Shown here in pieces: positions 39,099 to 53,039 of a DNA stretch of 64,000 nucleotides. The DNA lies in NCBI GenBank assembly GCA_051313645.2, contig JBNRSN020000001.1, positions 145,886,001 through 145,950,000 on the forward strand, read 5' to 3'. The translations under genes and the position numbers were made by a program. How positions within the stretch are numbered: position 1 is the first letter of the stretch; every line of letters begins with the position of its first letter. The DNA is from Centroscyllium fabricii (lineage: Eukaryota). Below the pieces are notes generated by a model, which ran no database searches, was not told the DNA's origin, and worked only from the letters and a program-made list of their open reading frames with translations.

Positions 39099-39386
39099 TC
39101 CACGAGCCACAAGGCTGCAGTTTGGGGTGTCTACGGCTGTGGCAATCTTTCAGAGGATCATGGACACCCTGTTGGCTGGGGTCCCGGGAGTTCAGCCTTA
39201 CTTGGATGACATACTGATTACAGGCAAGACACAGGAAGCCCATGATGAGCGGCTGCAGAAAGTACTACGACGGCTGGCGGAGGTAGGACTACGCCTTCAG
39301 AAGGAGAAATGTGTGTTCGCTGCCAATGGGATAGAGTTCTTGGGATTCCGAGTGGACAAAGACGGTGTGCACCCAACTATGGAGAA

Positions 39387-39770
39387 GGTGGCACAGTGGT
39401 TAGCAATGTTGTCTCACAGCACTGGAGACCCGGGTTCAAATCCAGCCTCGGGTACTATCTGTGTGGGGTTTGCACATTCTCCCCGTGTCTGCGTGGGTTT
39501 CCTCCGGGTGCTCCGGTTTCCTCCCACAGTCCAAAGATGTGCGGGATAGGTTGATTGGCCGGGATAAATTGACCCTTAGTGTTAGGGGGATTAAATATGT
39601 GGGGTTACGGGGATAGGGTGGGATATGTGTCGGTGCAGGCTCGAGAGGGATATGGGGAGAGGGCAGGGGCGGGGTACTGGGTTTGGATGATCAGCCATGA
39701 TCTCATTGAATGGCGGAGCAGGTTCGAAGGGCCTAATGGCCTACTCCTGCTTCTAGTTTCTAGTTTCTAT
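39387..39770 (+). mobile_element. V-SINE inserted in pol of E
   Basis: Same family as 35969-36380. Confidence 0.88.
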
Positions 39771-40687
39771 CACCCCCAAGAACAAGGCCAAACTGCAGGC
39801 ATTCCTCGGACTGTTAAACCTCTACAGTTGTTTTCTCAAGGACAAAGCTACAATCTTAGAGCCACTGCACAGGCTGTTAGACCAAGCAACAGTGTGGAAC
39901 TGGACCTCAGCTCATGAAACAGCCTACAGACAGGCAAAGGAACTGCTACAAGCAGATAAGGTTCTGGCACACTATGATGAAAACAAGCCATTGGTGTTGG
40001 TGTGTGATGCCTCACCATATGGGCTGGGAGCTCTGTTGGGTCACATAGAGCCAGATGGCCGGGAAGCGCCTATCAGTTTTGCCTCAAGAACACTCTCAAC
40101 AACAGAACGTAATTACGCCCAGATTGACAAGGAGGCCCTTGTTTGGGGTAAAGAAGTTCAGCCAGTGCCTGTTAGGGAGACAGTTCATCATCTACGCAGA
40201 CCACAAGCCAATCTTGGGGCTCCAGCATCACTCCAAGCCCATGCCCCAGATCATATCACCGTGTATGCTTCAGTTGTGTCTGATGTTGGGGGCCTACAGT
40301 TATGAACTTTGCTACAGGCCTGGGAAGATGCTGGCTAATTCTGATGCTCTGAGTCGCTTGCCTTTGAACCGGCTGATGGCTGAGAAGCCACCACCCGTGG
40401 AGGTGCTGCTACTGGAGGAGGTTCTGGAGGCCCCACTCCATGCCCAGCGGATTGGCAGCCTCACACAGAAAGATCCAGTCTTGTCACGGGTGCTACGCTG
40501 GCTGCTGCATGGTGGCCCTCCGAGGTCCAGGAGGCGCGTTTCAAGCCCTTTGTTCAGAGGCGCCATGAAATGTCTGCACACAAGAACTGCGTGCTCTGAG
40601 GAAGCCGTGTGGTGGTTCCTGCCGCCGCAAGAGAGGAGGTGCTGAAAATGCTACATGACTCACACCCTGGGATTGTGCACATGAAGG

Positions 40688-40950
40688 TGATGTAATAAAG
40701 ACATACCAAGCTTTTAGTGAACCTAAAGCAAGGCTTTATTCAACTTATAATACAACATAAAGACAGTAAGCTAGTTCAGTCACTAGCCTCCAAGTTTCAG
40801 AGTGTTTCTGTTCAACTGGTGCTTTAATCCCAGTATTTATAATTCCTGGTCAGGTGCCTTCAGCTGGCTGACCAGTAACTGTTCCTGGGTTGGTTGGAAG
40901 TCCAACCAATAACTCTTCCTAGATTATTTAGGAAGTCGTATTTTACGACA
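40688..40950 (-). mobile_element. Solo LTR (263 bp) in the integrase zinc finger of E
   Basis: TG...CA, TSD gaagg; removing it restores HPGIVHMKALARSYVWWP. Confidence 0.9.
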
Positions 40951-41727
40951 GAAGGCGTTGGCAAGAAGCTACGTCTGGTGGCCGGGGTTGGACCGAGACG
41001 TGGAGGAGGTAGTAAAGAGCTGTGAGACATGTCAGCTGCCTCGCCATAGCCCACCCAAGGCTCCCCTTCACCCCTGGGAGTGGACCAATTGTAAATGGTC
41101 AAGAATCCACATTGACTTTGCAGGGCCATTTCAGGGGAAGGTCTTTTTGATAGTGGTGGATTCTCATTTGAAATGGCTGGAGGTGGCTATCATAAGCTCC
41201 ATGACATCCAGTGTAGTGATCAACACATTGCGTTTGCTGTTTGCCAGACATGGGGTCCCCGACGTGCTCATTTCGGACAATGGAGCAGCCTTCACGTCAG
41301 CGGAGTTCAAGGCTTTTGCAGGCAGAAACGGAATCCGCCATGTGACCACAGCGCCCTATCACCCCTCCTCTAACGGGCAGGCAGAGAGGATGTTGCAAAC
41401 CACAAAAGAGGCACTGGTGAGAATATCGGTGGGGGACGGGCAAACCAGATTGGCCAGGTTCCTGTTATCACAGCAAACCTCACCAAACTCAGCAACGGGG
41501 AAGAGTCCTGCCGAGATATTGATGGGTCACCGGCTGGCGACTGCACTGGACCGGCTACACACGGACTACAGGGATGAGATGCACACCAAGCAAGAGGAGC
41601 TGGCTAAGGAGCACCAGGGCACCGCCAGGCAGTTCGAGCCTTCAGATGCGGTGTTTGCCCGTTGCTATGCAGGAGGAGAAAAATGGATTCCTGCCGTGGT
41701 GGAGCAGGCCACAGGTCCCCTGTCATA

Positions 41728-44700
41728 TGTGGTGTATGTACATAGTGTAATGCTTAATTACTATTGGGCACTACTTTGTGCGCGTCAGTACATTGCAGTA
41801 CTACGGTTCACCACTCATGTATATATGTAAGCGCGAGGAGCGCTACAAGTTAGTTCCAGATGTACTATGACTAGTAAACATCATTGTACCTTTACCGTTG
41901 AGTCTATCATTATTAATCCTTAATAGTGCGGACATAATAATGGTGACGAGGTCGGTCGAAGCCATAGCTGTGCAGTCGGCTACGTTGAAAAATGACTGAA
42001 GTTGTTTTTTGAACTAATCCATCGACCACCAAGGCACACCCTGCACCTCAAACCAGGGAGGGGCAGCGACTTCCAACAGCAGGAACTCGTTCGGCCTACA
42101 CTCCAACAACGGGAGTGGCGAGGCATCTTCACTCCGGCCAGCAGAAATCGCCAACAGGAGTCAGCAGAATTCAGCAACAGCAGCCAGCAGAAACCAGCAG
42201 AACTCGGCAGCAGGAGCCAACAGAATTAATCAGCAGCACTCAGCAGGAATCGGCATCAGCAGCCAACGGGAATCGACAGTAGGAGTCACCAGCAATCGGG
42301 CGCCAGATTCTACAGTGGCAGGTAGGCCACGGAGCAGGACCCAGCCGACAGAGGCAGCCATAGCGAGGTCGAAGCAAAGATCCAGGGCGTCAACACAGTC
42401 ACCAGAAGTGGTTGTCGAGGATCAGGGGTGGTCCTCCGACCTGAAGAAAACTTACAGCTACCAGGTAGAAAGCATTTGTTACTCTGACCGCGGGGGGAAG
42501 CCAGAACCAGCGGGGAAGAGGTATGCAGAGGCGGGGAGACGCCATTTTTGGGTGTGAAGACACCGGAAGAGACGCGCACGGGCGGGACCAGATGCCATCT
42601 TAGCGCGCGAAGAGAACGGAAGAGATGCGCAGGGGTGGGACCAGACGCCATCGTAGCGCAGGAATAAAATGGAAGAGACGTGCAGGGCAGGACCAGACGC
42701 CATCGAAGCGCGGGAAGAAAATGGAAGAGACACACAGGGGCGGGACAAGACGCCATCTTCCCCCAATAACATACAGTAAAGATGGGGGAACAGGAAAACA
42801 CACAACCAGAGGCAACCAGAGCCAGACAAAATAGAATTGTACCAAACGGGTTTGGGGCTTTCCAGTCTGAAGGAGAGGACTGGGAAGCATATTTAGAATG
42901 TTTTGATATATACTGCAACGTTCAGGCAGTAGCAGATGAAAACAAACCAAATGTTTTACTAAACGCAGTAGGACCCGAAACATATGGGTTACTACAAACA
43001 CTAGTAGCCCCGGATAGACCGGCGAATAAAACACTCCAAGATGTAAAGGGTATCTTAAAGGAAAATCTAAACCCTAGACCCCCGTTCATAGCAGAATATT
43101 TTAAATTTTTCAAAAGAGAACAACAAAAGGGGGAGTCACAGTCCGAGTATCTGACCGAACTTAGACATTTGGCAAAGCACTGCGAGTTTGGGGACGAACT
43201 AGTTAATTATTTAAGAGACAGATTTGTCTGTGGCATTCTGGACGAGGCCACTCAGAAGAAGTTACTGGCTAAAAAGGCGCTCACGTTAGAGCAATCTTTA
43301 GAAACAGCCACAGCCCACGAGGCCGCTGCAGCAGGGGCAGCACAGATAAGAAACAGCAGGGGCTGGCCAGAAACCCACGAAATCACGACTCGCACAAAAA
43401 AGTGCTATCGCTGTGGCAAGTCCACACACGATCAAAACAGGTGCTGGGCCAAGGACAAAGATTGGCGGCAGTGTGGCAAGAAAGGCCACATTGCGGCGGT
43501 TTGTAGGTCAGGGAAACAAACCAAGGGGTCACAAAGACAACCACATAAACAGGGCAACCCCAGGAACGTACACAAAATCACAGAAGCCGGTTCGGAGAGT
43601 GAACCAGAGGACCAGGGCAGAGAACAATGGGGGCTAGGAAGCCTAAATGTCCATAACATGGGCGCACAAGCTGACCAGGAGATTATGTGGATTCCCCTCA
43701 GGGTGGCAGGAGTAGAGATATCAATGGAGCTAGATACAGGATCGGCTCTATCGGTCATAAACGAAAATTTTTACAAAAGGACATTTAGAGGGATACCCCT
43801 AGAACAGTCCTCCGTGATACTAAAAACGTACACAGGACAGAAATTTAGGACTTTGGGGAGGTTGCCCGTCACAGTTAGATACCAAGGTAACCAGACAAAA
43901 GGTCTTTATGTATATGTCTTAAGGGATGGTGGAGCACCACTCCTGGGGAGAGAGTGTATCCGGAAGATTAATCTAGACTAGGGCACGATACACCAGGTAG
44001 GCACCGTAGACGAAATGAATGAGGACCCATTGGTCATACAAAGAGTCGAGAGAATTTTGAAGAAAAACCCAGAGGTTTTTCAACCCGGCCTGGGAAAGCT
44101 AAAATAACTTCCACGCCAAGGTTATGCTCACACAAGGGGCAACCCCCACGTTCGCGAAGGCACGTCCTGTACCCTACGCCATTAGGCCAGCAGTGGAGGC
44201 GGAACTGGAAAAACTGGAGGCAGAGGGAGTTCTGTCCAAAGTGGAATGGAGGGAATGGGCCATGCCCATCGTCCCTGTCATTAAAAAGTCACAAACAAAA
44301 GAAGGAGAAAAGACAAAAGTGCACATTTGTGGGGACTTTAAGATGACCATTAACCCGGTTTTGAAAATTGTTCAGTACCCTTTGCCCAGGATTGAGGATA
44401 TCTTTGCTTCCTTAGCAGGTGGGAAACAGTTCAGCAAGATAGACCTCTCGCCACAGGCATACCTGCAGATGGAGGTGGAGCAAGAGTCAAGGAAACTCCT
44501 AACCATCAACACCCATAAAGGACTGTACCAGTACAACCGGATGGTTTTTGGTATCGCATCAGCACCAGCAATATGGCAGAGAGCCATGGACCAGGTACTG
44601 CAGGGCATTCCAGGGGCACAGTGTTACCTGGATGACATCCTGGTGATGGGTAAAACAGACGGGGAACACTTATCCAACTTGGCAGCAGTCTTAGAAAGAC

Positions 44701-47068
44701 TTGGAGAGTATGGGTTAAGGGCCAATAAACTTAAATGCGAATTCTTTAAGAACCACATTTCGTACTGCGGCCACAAAATCGATAGTGAAGGGCTACACAA
44801 ATCACCTGACAAGATAGCAGCGGTAGTAAAGGCCCCAAGACCACAAAATGTAAACCAACTCAGGTAATTTTTAGGGCTCATCAACTATTATCACAAGTTC
44901 CTACCGAACCTATTGACGGTCTTGTACCCCTTAAACATGCTCCTGCAGGCGGGAACACCCTGGAAATGGGACAAAACCTGCGAAAATGCATTTGAGAAAA
45001 GCAAACGAATGATCACCTCAAAGGAGGTGCTAATGCATTTTGACCCCAACCTGCCCATTAAGTTGGTGTGTGACGCTTCCACTTACGGTATCGGTGCTGT
45101 CCTCTCCCACAGATGCCCAGACGGGTCTGAAAGACCTATAGCTTTTGCATCCAAATCCCTCACAGCGGCGGAGAAAAACTACGCCCAAATAGACCGGGAA
45201 GCACTCAGCTTGTTATGGGGAGTGAAAAAGATTCACCATTACCTACACAGTCAGGAATTCACACTCCTCACAGACCACCAATCATTGGTCTCCATCTTCT
45301 ACCCAGAAAAAGGGGTACCCCAGATGACAGCACAAAGGCTGCAAAGATGGGCATTGTTCTTGGGTGCACACAAATACACCATAGAACACAAGGGGACAAA
45401 AAGGCATGGTAATGCAGACGGACTGTCTCGCTTACCCTTACCAGAAACAGGAGAGGGGGGTCAACAGGATCCCCTGGAACTGTACCACACAGCAGTGGTT
45501 GAGCAACTCCCAATCACCAGCCAGCAGATCGAGAGGGAGACCAGAAATGACCCCTGCTTGGCAAAACTTTTCGCCATAGTCGTCAAGAGATGGTCTAGAG
45601 AGGACACTAAGCACTGGCCTGAGTACGCCAATAGGAAGGACCAGTTGTCGGTCTGTCGGGGCTCGCTGATGTGCGGGGGTCGGGTAGTGATTCCCATGAA
45701 ACTACGGAAACAGATTTTAGCAGACCTACACAGGGGCATCTAGGAGGGGTGAAAATGAAGTCTCTAGCGCGGGCATACGTGTGGTGGCCCAAGATTGACA
45801 AAGAGATAGAGCAGTTGGCCAGCGAATGCACAGGGTGTAAAATGATCCAAAACTCACCGCCCCAGGCTCCCTTGCACCCTTGGGAGTGGCCATCATCACC
45901 GTGGCAACATATTCATATTGACTTTGCTGGACCCTTCATGGATGCAATGTTTCTCATTGTTGTTGACGCCCATTCAAAGTGGCCAGAAGTGATTTGAATG
46001 TCCTCCACTACAACTGAGAAGACAATCTCAGTACTCTGCACCATTTTTGCATGAAATGGTATACCGGAACAGATCTGTTCCGATAATGGTCCCCAGTTTG
46101 TGTCAGAGGAGTTTAGCACGGTCCTCAAAAGAAACGGCATCCGACATTACAAGTCGGCCCCATACCACCCGGCCACCAACGGGTTAGCAGAACGGTTCGT
46201 ACAGACCTTTAAAAAGGCTATCAAAGCCATGGAGGGAGGAAAGTTGAGTCTTCAACATATAATAGACAACTTCCTCTTTGCCTATCGAAATGTCACTCAT
46301 GCAACCACTAACCAGGCCCCTTCAGTATTATTCTTCAACAGGAGATTACGGAATCGGTTCGATCTATTGCAGCCGAACATACGACGGGATGTCGAGGGAA
46401 AGATGTTCCGGAACACTGCAGATAGGAAACCCAGGGATTTTGACATGGGCCAAGAGGTACTCATGAGAGACTACCGACGAGACAAGTGGCAGGCTGGAGT
46501 TATCAGCCAACGACAAGGGCAGCGGACATACATGGTGGACACACCGGATTGTCAACTCAGGAGACATATGGACCAGATGGTGAAGGACACAGTGGCCAAC
46601 AAAGAGGCACCTCAAACAGAGGCCAATCATCCAGATGAAACAACACCTGATGAAGACCCTTCAGAGATCAAGGTAGATGGTCAGTCTACTGGGACTACTT
46701 CCTCACCCAATGGCGGGAGACGGTACCCAGCAAGAGACCGCCAGCCTCCACAGAGACTGGACTTGTGATTGTTAATATTGATCTGTGTAAATAGTTTTGC
46801 TAGTCCTCCCCTATTACTGAACAATGTACCGTAAAGGTAAATTAAGTGGGGAGGAATGTGGTGTATGTACATAGTGTAATGCTTAATTACTATTGGACAC
46901 TACTTTGTGCGCGTCAGTACATTGCAGTACTGAGGTTCACCACTCATGTATATATGTAAGCGCGAGGAGCGCTACAAGTTAGTTCCAGATTTACTATGAC
47001 TAGTAAACATTGTTGTACCTTTACCGTCGAGTCTGTCGTTATTAATCATTAATAGCGCGGACTTAATA
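41728..47068 (+). mobile_element. Gypsy element F (Mag-like), full-length, nested in E
   Basis: TSD tcata; LTRs 41728-41939 and 46857-47068; PBS tggtgacgag; gag-protease ORF 42782-43981 with two Cys/His knuckles and MELDTGS; RT YLDD, RNase H and integrase with a few stops. Confidence 0.95.
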
Positions 47069-49199
47069 TCATACAGCATCCGTACACCTGATGGCCAGCT
47101 ACACAGACGCCACATAGACCAGCTACGGGGTTGTACTCCGGTGAGAGTAACAGACGTCACAGGCTAGGCCATTGTCTGCACCACCTCTGCCAGGCAGTGA
47201 TGGCATGCTTCCTGCAACAATGACTGAAGCCACATCAACAGAAGGTGTCACGGAGTCATCAGCCACGGAGGAAGGTTTTCCTTCAGCTAGTAGTGGCACC
47301 TTGACTATGCCTGCCCAGCGGCGCTCACGTCGGGTTAGATTCCATCCCAGACGCCTGGAGGACTAAAGGGTTTTATCTGGGGGAAAGGAGTGTTGTGTTT
47401 TGAGTTTGCTTTAATTAAGTTTGTCCCAGTGCCTGGGTGTTACCTGAAGGGAGGGGCCTGGGGGGTCCTGTTTGACTTTAGTTTCCCTTTCATTTTGGGG
47501 TTCTGCTTTGCAGACCATGTGCTGTAATGTCCACCAACTTACTCAGTAAATAGTTGACGTATCGTCAATAATACAAAGACGAGTAGTTACCTTAACTATA
47601 GGCTTTTAATAACTTAAAGATGGAGCTAGTCTCCAGTTGAACATCAGGTACAGAATGACTGGGGGCAGGGCAGACCTCACCTTTCAGGCTCCCACCTGAG
47701 GGGAGGAGTTAGAGGTGTGGCTGACCTAGCCTTACAACCGTGTTCCACATCTAATACATTCAATGCACCAAGCAACTATATACATGGGTCATGTGGTGCA
47801 GTACGATTACAATCCAACTATATACACTGGTAATATGATTATCACATTCACCCCTTCTTTGAAAATGAGTCCGGCGGGGTGAATGGAACATCACAGTGCA
47901 ACAAAAAAAAATTATGTGTCCGTATCAGCAATTTTCTATCAGTCTTTCGGGTGGTCGTGTCTGTCGTGATGACTGCCGGGGTTCCGGTAGCGGCGCTGGT
48001 GCCGGTTGTGGTGAAGGGGTCGGGTCCTCCGGCAACAGTGCCTGCAGCGTGGCGTCCGGCCCTGGGTTGTTGGCCGATAGCGTCGGGGGCCCCGGTGTGT
48101 GTGCGTATGTAGGCCAGTAATCGGTGGATGTTGGTTGATATGTAGGCCAGTGTTCGGTAGATGGTGGCTGGTCGGGCTGAGGCTCGACCGGGGGTTCTGC
48201 TCTAGTGCTCCCGGCGGGCGCTAGGTCTCTGATGGAAACTGTGTCCTTGCGCCCGTCCGGGAACTGCACGTAGGCATACTGCGGGTTGGTGTGCAGCAGC
48301 TGCACCTTTTCCACCAGGGGGTCGGTCTTATGGCCGCGGACATGTTTCCTAAGTAAGACCGGCCCCGGCGTCGTGAGCCACGGTGGGAGTGCTGTCCCCG
48401 AAGTCGACTTCCTGGGGAAGGAAAATAATAGGTCATGAGCTGTAGCGTTTGTAGCCGTACACAGCAGAGAGCGGATGGAGTGGAGCGCGTCTGGGAGGAC
48501 TGCCTGCCAACGGGACACTGGAAGGCCTCTGGACTTCAGGGCCAGGTTGACCGCCTTCCAGATGATCCCGTTCTCCCTTTCTACCTGGCCGTTCCCCCGG
48601 GGGTTGTAACTGGTCGTTCTGCTTGAGGCAACCCCTTTCTGAAGCAGAAACTGACGCAGTTCGTTGCTCATGAACGACGACCCCCGGTCGCTATGGATGT
48701 AGCTGGGGAGACCAAAAATGGCGAACAGCGTGGTGAAGTGTCTTATCACCATTGCGCTCATCATGTCTGGGCAGGGGAAGCGGGAGAACTCATCCACGAC
48801 CGTGAGGAAGTACGAGTTGCGGTCCGTGGAGGGGAGGGGGCCTTTGAAGTCCACGCTCAGACGTTCAAAGGGGTGAGTGGCCTTAATGATTTGCACCGTG
48901 TCTGGCCGGTAAAATTGGGGTTTGCACTCGGCGCAGACAGGGCACTCCTTGGTCATAGCCTTGATCTCTGTGATGGAGTAGGGAAGGCTACAGGACTTAA
49001 CGAAATGAGAGAGTCTGGTGACACCTGGGTGGCAGAGGCTATCGTGGAGGGCCTTCAGCCGGTCCAGCTGGGTGCTGGCACACATTCCCCTGGACAGTGC
49101 GTCCGGGGGTTCGTTGAGCTTGCCTGGGCGGTAAAGAATGTCATACTCGTAAGTCGAGAGTTTGATCCGTCACCGCAGGATCTTATCATTCTTGATTTT

Positions 49200-51391
49200 C
49201 ATAGAATCATAGAATCATAGAATCATAGAAGATAGGAGCAGGAGTAGGCCATTCAGCCCTTCGAGCCTGCTCCGCCATTCAATGAGATCATGGCTGATCT
49301 TTAGCAAGCTAGTACCCCGTCCCCGCCTTTTCTCCATAACCTTTAATCCCTTTAGCTTGAAGAAATATATCCAATTCCCTCTTGAATATGTTTAATGAAC
49401 TGGCCTCCACCGCCCTCTGTGGCAGGGAATTCCACAGGCCCACCACTCTCTGAGTGAAGAAATTCTTCCTCATGTCTGTCCTAAATGGTTTACCCCTTAT
49501 CCTTAGACTGTGGCCCCTGGTTCTGGACTCCCCCGCCATTGGAAACATTCTCTCTGAATCTAACCTGTCCAGACCTTTCAGAATTTTATACGTCTCAATG
49601 AGATCGCCTCTCAATCTTCTAAACTCCAACGAGTACAAGCCCAGACTACACAATCTCTCCTCGTAGGTCATTCCTGCCATTCCAGGAATCAGCCTGGTGA
49701 AACGCCGCTGCACTCCTTCCATGGCAAGAACATCCTTCCTCAGGCGAGGCGACCAGAACTGTACACAATACTCGAGGTGTGGTCTCAACAGTGCCTTGTA
49801 CAGCTGCAGTAAGGTATCCTTATTCCTATACTCGAACCCTCTTGATATGAAGGCCAACATACCATTTGCCTCCCTAACCGCCTGCTGCACCTGCGTGCTC
49901 GCCTTCAGCGACTGGTGCACAAGAACACCCAGGTCTCTCTGCAACTCCCCATCTCCCAATCTATTGCCATTTAAGTAGTAATTTACCCTCCTGTTTTTGC
50001 CCCCAAAGTGGATAACCTCACATTTATCCACATTATAGTGCATCTGCCATCTATCTGCCCAGTCCCCCAACTTATCCAAATCGCCCTGTAACTTCCTGAC
50101 ACCCTCTTCAGAGCCTGCCCCCCCTCCTAGTTTGGTGTCATCCGCGAATTTGGAGATATTACATTCAATTCCCTGATCCAGATCATTAATATATATTGTA
50201 AACAGCTGAGGTCCCAGGACAGACCCCTGCGGTACTCCACTAGTCACCGGCTGCCACTCAGAAAACGAGCCGTTAATTCCAACTCTCTGTTTTCTGTCTG
50301 CCAACCAGTTCTCTATCCACATCAAAACTTTGCCCCCAATCCCATGAGCCTTAATTTTACATGCTAATCTTTTATGTGGAACCTTATCGAAGGCTTTCTG
50401 GAAGTCAAGGTACACCACATCTACTGGCTCTCCCCCATCTATTTTCCGAGTTACTTCCTCAAAGAATTCCAATAGATTAGTTAAACATGATTTACCTTTT
50501 GTAAATCCATGTTGATTCTGTCCGATCTCATCCCTAATTGTCAAATGCTCCGAGATTACATCCTTGATAATGGACTCGAGCATTTTGTCCACTACTGATG
50601 TAAGGCTTACTGGTCTATAATTCCCTGCTTTCTCTCTGCCCCCCTTTTTAAATAGTGGGGTAACATTAGCCACCCTCCAATCCGTGGGTACTGATCCAGA
50701 GTCTATCGAGTTCTGGAAAATGATCCTTAAAGCACCCTCTATTTCCAGGGCTACCTCTTTAAGTACCCTAGGATGTAGATTATCAGGCCCTGGGGATTTG
50801 TCGGCCTTCAATCGCTTCAACTTCCCCAAAACCATCTCCCTAGAAATACTGATATCTGTCAGCTCCTCCCTTGCATTAGACCCTATGTTCGCTGCTATCC
50901 CTGGGAGGTTGCTTGTGTCCTCCTTTGTGAAGACAGTACCAAAATATGAATTTAGTTGGTCTGCCATTTCTTTATTCCCCATTATATATTCCCCTGAATC
51001 GGACTGCAAGGGACTGACTTGGGATTTTACCAATCTTTTCCTCTTGATGTACCTATAAAAGCTTTTGCAGTCAGTTTTTATGTTTGCCGCAAGCTTACAT
51101 TCGTAATCTATCTTCCCCCTCCTGATTAATCCCTTTGTCTTCCTTTGCTGTATCCTGAACTGCTCCCAATCTTCCGGCCTAGTACTTTTTTTGGCCAATT
51201 GATATGCCCATTTTTTGGATTTAATGTTGTCCCTTATTTCCCTTGTTATCCACGGTTGAGTCACCTTTCTAGGTTTATTCTTATGCCAAACCGGTGTGAA
51301 CGAGTTCTGTATTTCTTCCATCCTATACTTGAATGCTTGCCATTGTCTATCCACATTCAATCCCCCCAGGAACACTGCCCAATCTATCTTG
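49200..51391 (-). mobile_element. 5'-truncated CR1 LINE with uninterrupted RT frame, inserted in the RNase H of C
   Basis: 688-aa open frame (KSPGPD, YRPVSLTS, YLDFQKAFDKV, GVPQGSVLGP, FADD); (gattctat)n tail; near-TSD cttgatttt/cttaatttt. Confidence 0.95.
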
Positions 51392-53039
51392 CTTAATTTT
51401 ACCCTTTTGTTTATTGTTAAACATAAACGCGACCGACCGTTGGTCGGTGAGCAGGGTAAAACGCTTACCGGCCAGGTAATGACGCCAGTAGCGCACTGCC
51501 TCCACGATGGCCTGGGCCTCCTTCTCCACTGCTGAGTGGCGAGTTTCGGGTCCCTGTAGGGTGCGGGAGAAAAACGCTACGGGCCTGCCTGCCTGATTCA
51601 GGGTGGCGGCAAGGGCAAAGTCCGAAGTGTCACTCTCCACCTGGAAAGGGATGGACTCATCGACGGCGTGCATGGTCGTCTTGATGATGTCTTCCTTAAT
51701 CAGGGCGAATGCCATTTGGGCTTCTACTGAGAGGGGGAAGACATCAGCCTTGAGGAGCAGTCTGGCCTTATCCGCGAACTGGGAAACCCATTGCGCGTAA
51801 TAGGAGAAAAATCCCAGACATCTCCTCAGGGCTTTGGGGTTGTGAGGTAGGGGCAGTTCCTGTAAGGGACGCATACGCTGTGTGTCGGGGCCGAGGACCC
51901 CGTTCTCCACCACGTATCCGAGGATAGCGAGCCGATCTGTACTAAAGACGCACTTGTCTTTGTTGTATGTGAGATCGAGCCGTTTCGCCGTGTGGACAAA
52001 TTTGGCACGGTTGGCATCGTGGTCCTGCTGGTCATGGCCGCAGATGGTCACGTTGTCCAGGTAGGGGAAGGTGGCCTGCAACCCGTTCTGGTCAGCCATA
52101 CGGTCCATCTCCCTTTGGAATACCGACACTCCGTTGGTCATGCCGAAGGGGACCTGGAGGAAGTGGTAGAGCCGACCGTTCGCCTCGAAGGCGGTGTACT
52201 GGCGGTCGGATTTCCGGATTGGGAGTTGGTGATACGCCGACTTAAGGTCGATTGTTGAAAAGACCGTATACTGGGCGATCTGGTTAACCATATCCGAGAT
52301 GCTGGGAAGGGGGTAGGCGTCGAGCCCGGTGTAGCGGTTAATCGTCTGGCTGTAATCGACCACCATCCGCAGTTTCTCGCCGGTCTTAACCACTACGACC
52401 TGGGCCCGCCAGTGGCTGGTGCTGGCCTCAATTATCCCCTCTTGCAGCATACGCCCGACTTCCGACCTGATAAATGCCCGGTCCCCTGCACTGTAACGCC
52501 GACTCTTTGTAGCAATAGGTTTGCAGTTGGGGTCGAGGTTGGCGAACAGCGAGGGGGGGTCGACTTTCAGGGTGGATAGGCCGCAAGTCGGGCTCCACTT
52601 TACGAAGGGATTGTCCCGGCTTCTGACGGTGAGGGGGGCCAAGGTCCCGCCGAACTCCATTGTCACGCTCTTCAGGTGGCACTGGAAATTCAGTCCCAGT
52701 AAGACTGGGGCGCACAACTGCTGGAGTATGTACAGTCTAAAATTACGGTACACGCAGTCTCTGACCATGAGCGTGACGAAGCAGTAGCCGGTGACGTCCG
52801 CCGTGTGGGACTTTGAAGCAAGGGAGATTTGGTAGCGCGTGGGCAGGGTCCGCAGTGCGTAGCGCCGCACTGTGTCGGGGTAGATGAAGCTCTCTGTGCT
52901 TCCGGTGTCGAACAGGCAGTTTGTAATGTGACCGTCCACTTTAATCCCCATCATGGAATTTGATAGGGTGTGCGGCCTAGCCTGGTCGACAATGGCTGAG
53001 GCCGAAGTGTGTGTGTGTGTGTAGGGGCCCTCCACTAGC

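Noticed and set aside
38791-39917. ORFs spanning SINE and RT sequence
   Set aside because: Read-through across SINE insertions, not genes
47583-47602. taactata resembling a homing-endonuclease or rRNA site
   Set aside because: Only a short match; it is one arm of the LTR hairpin
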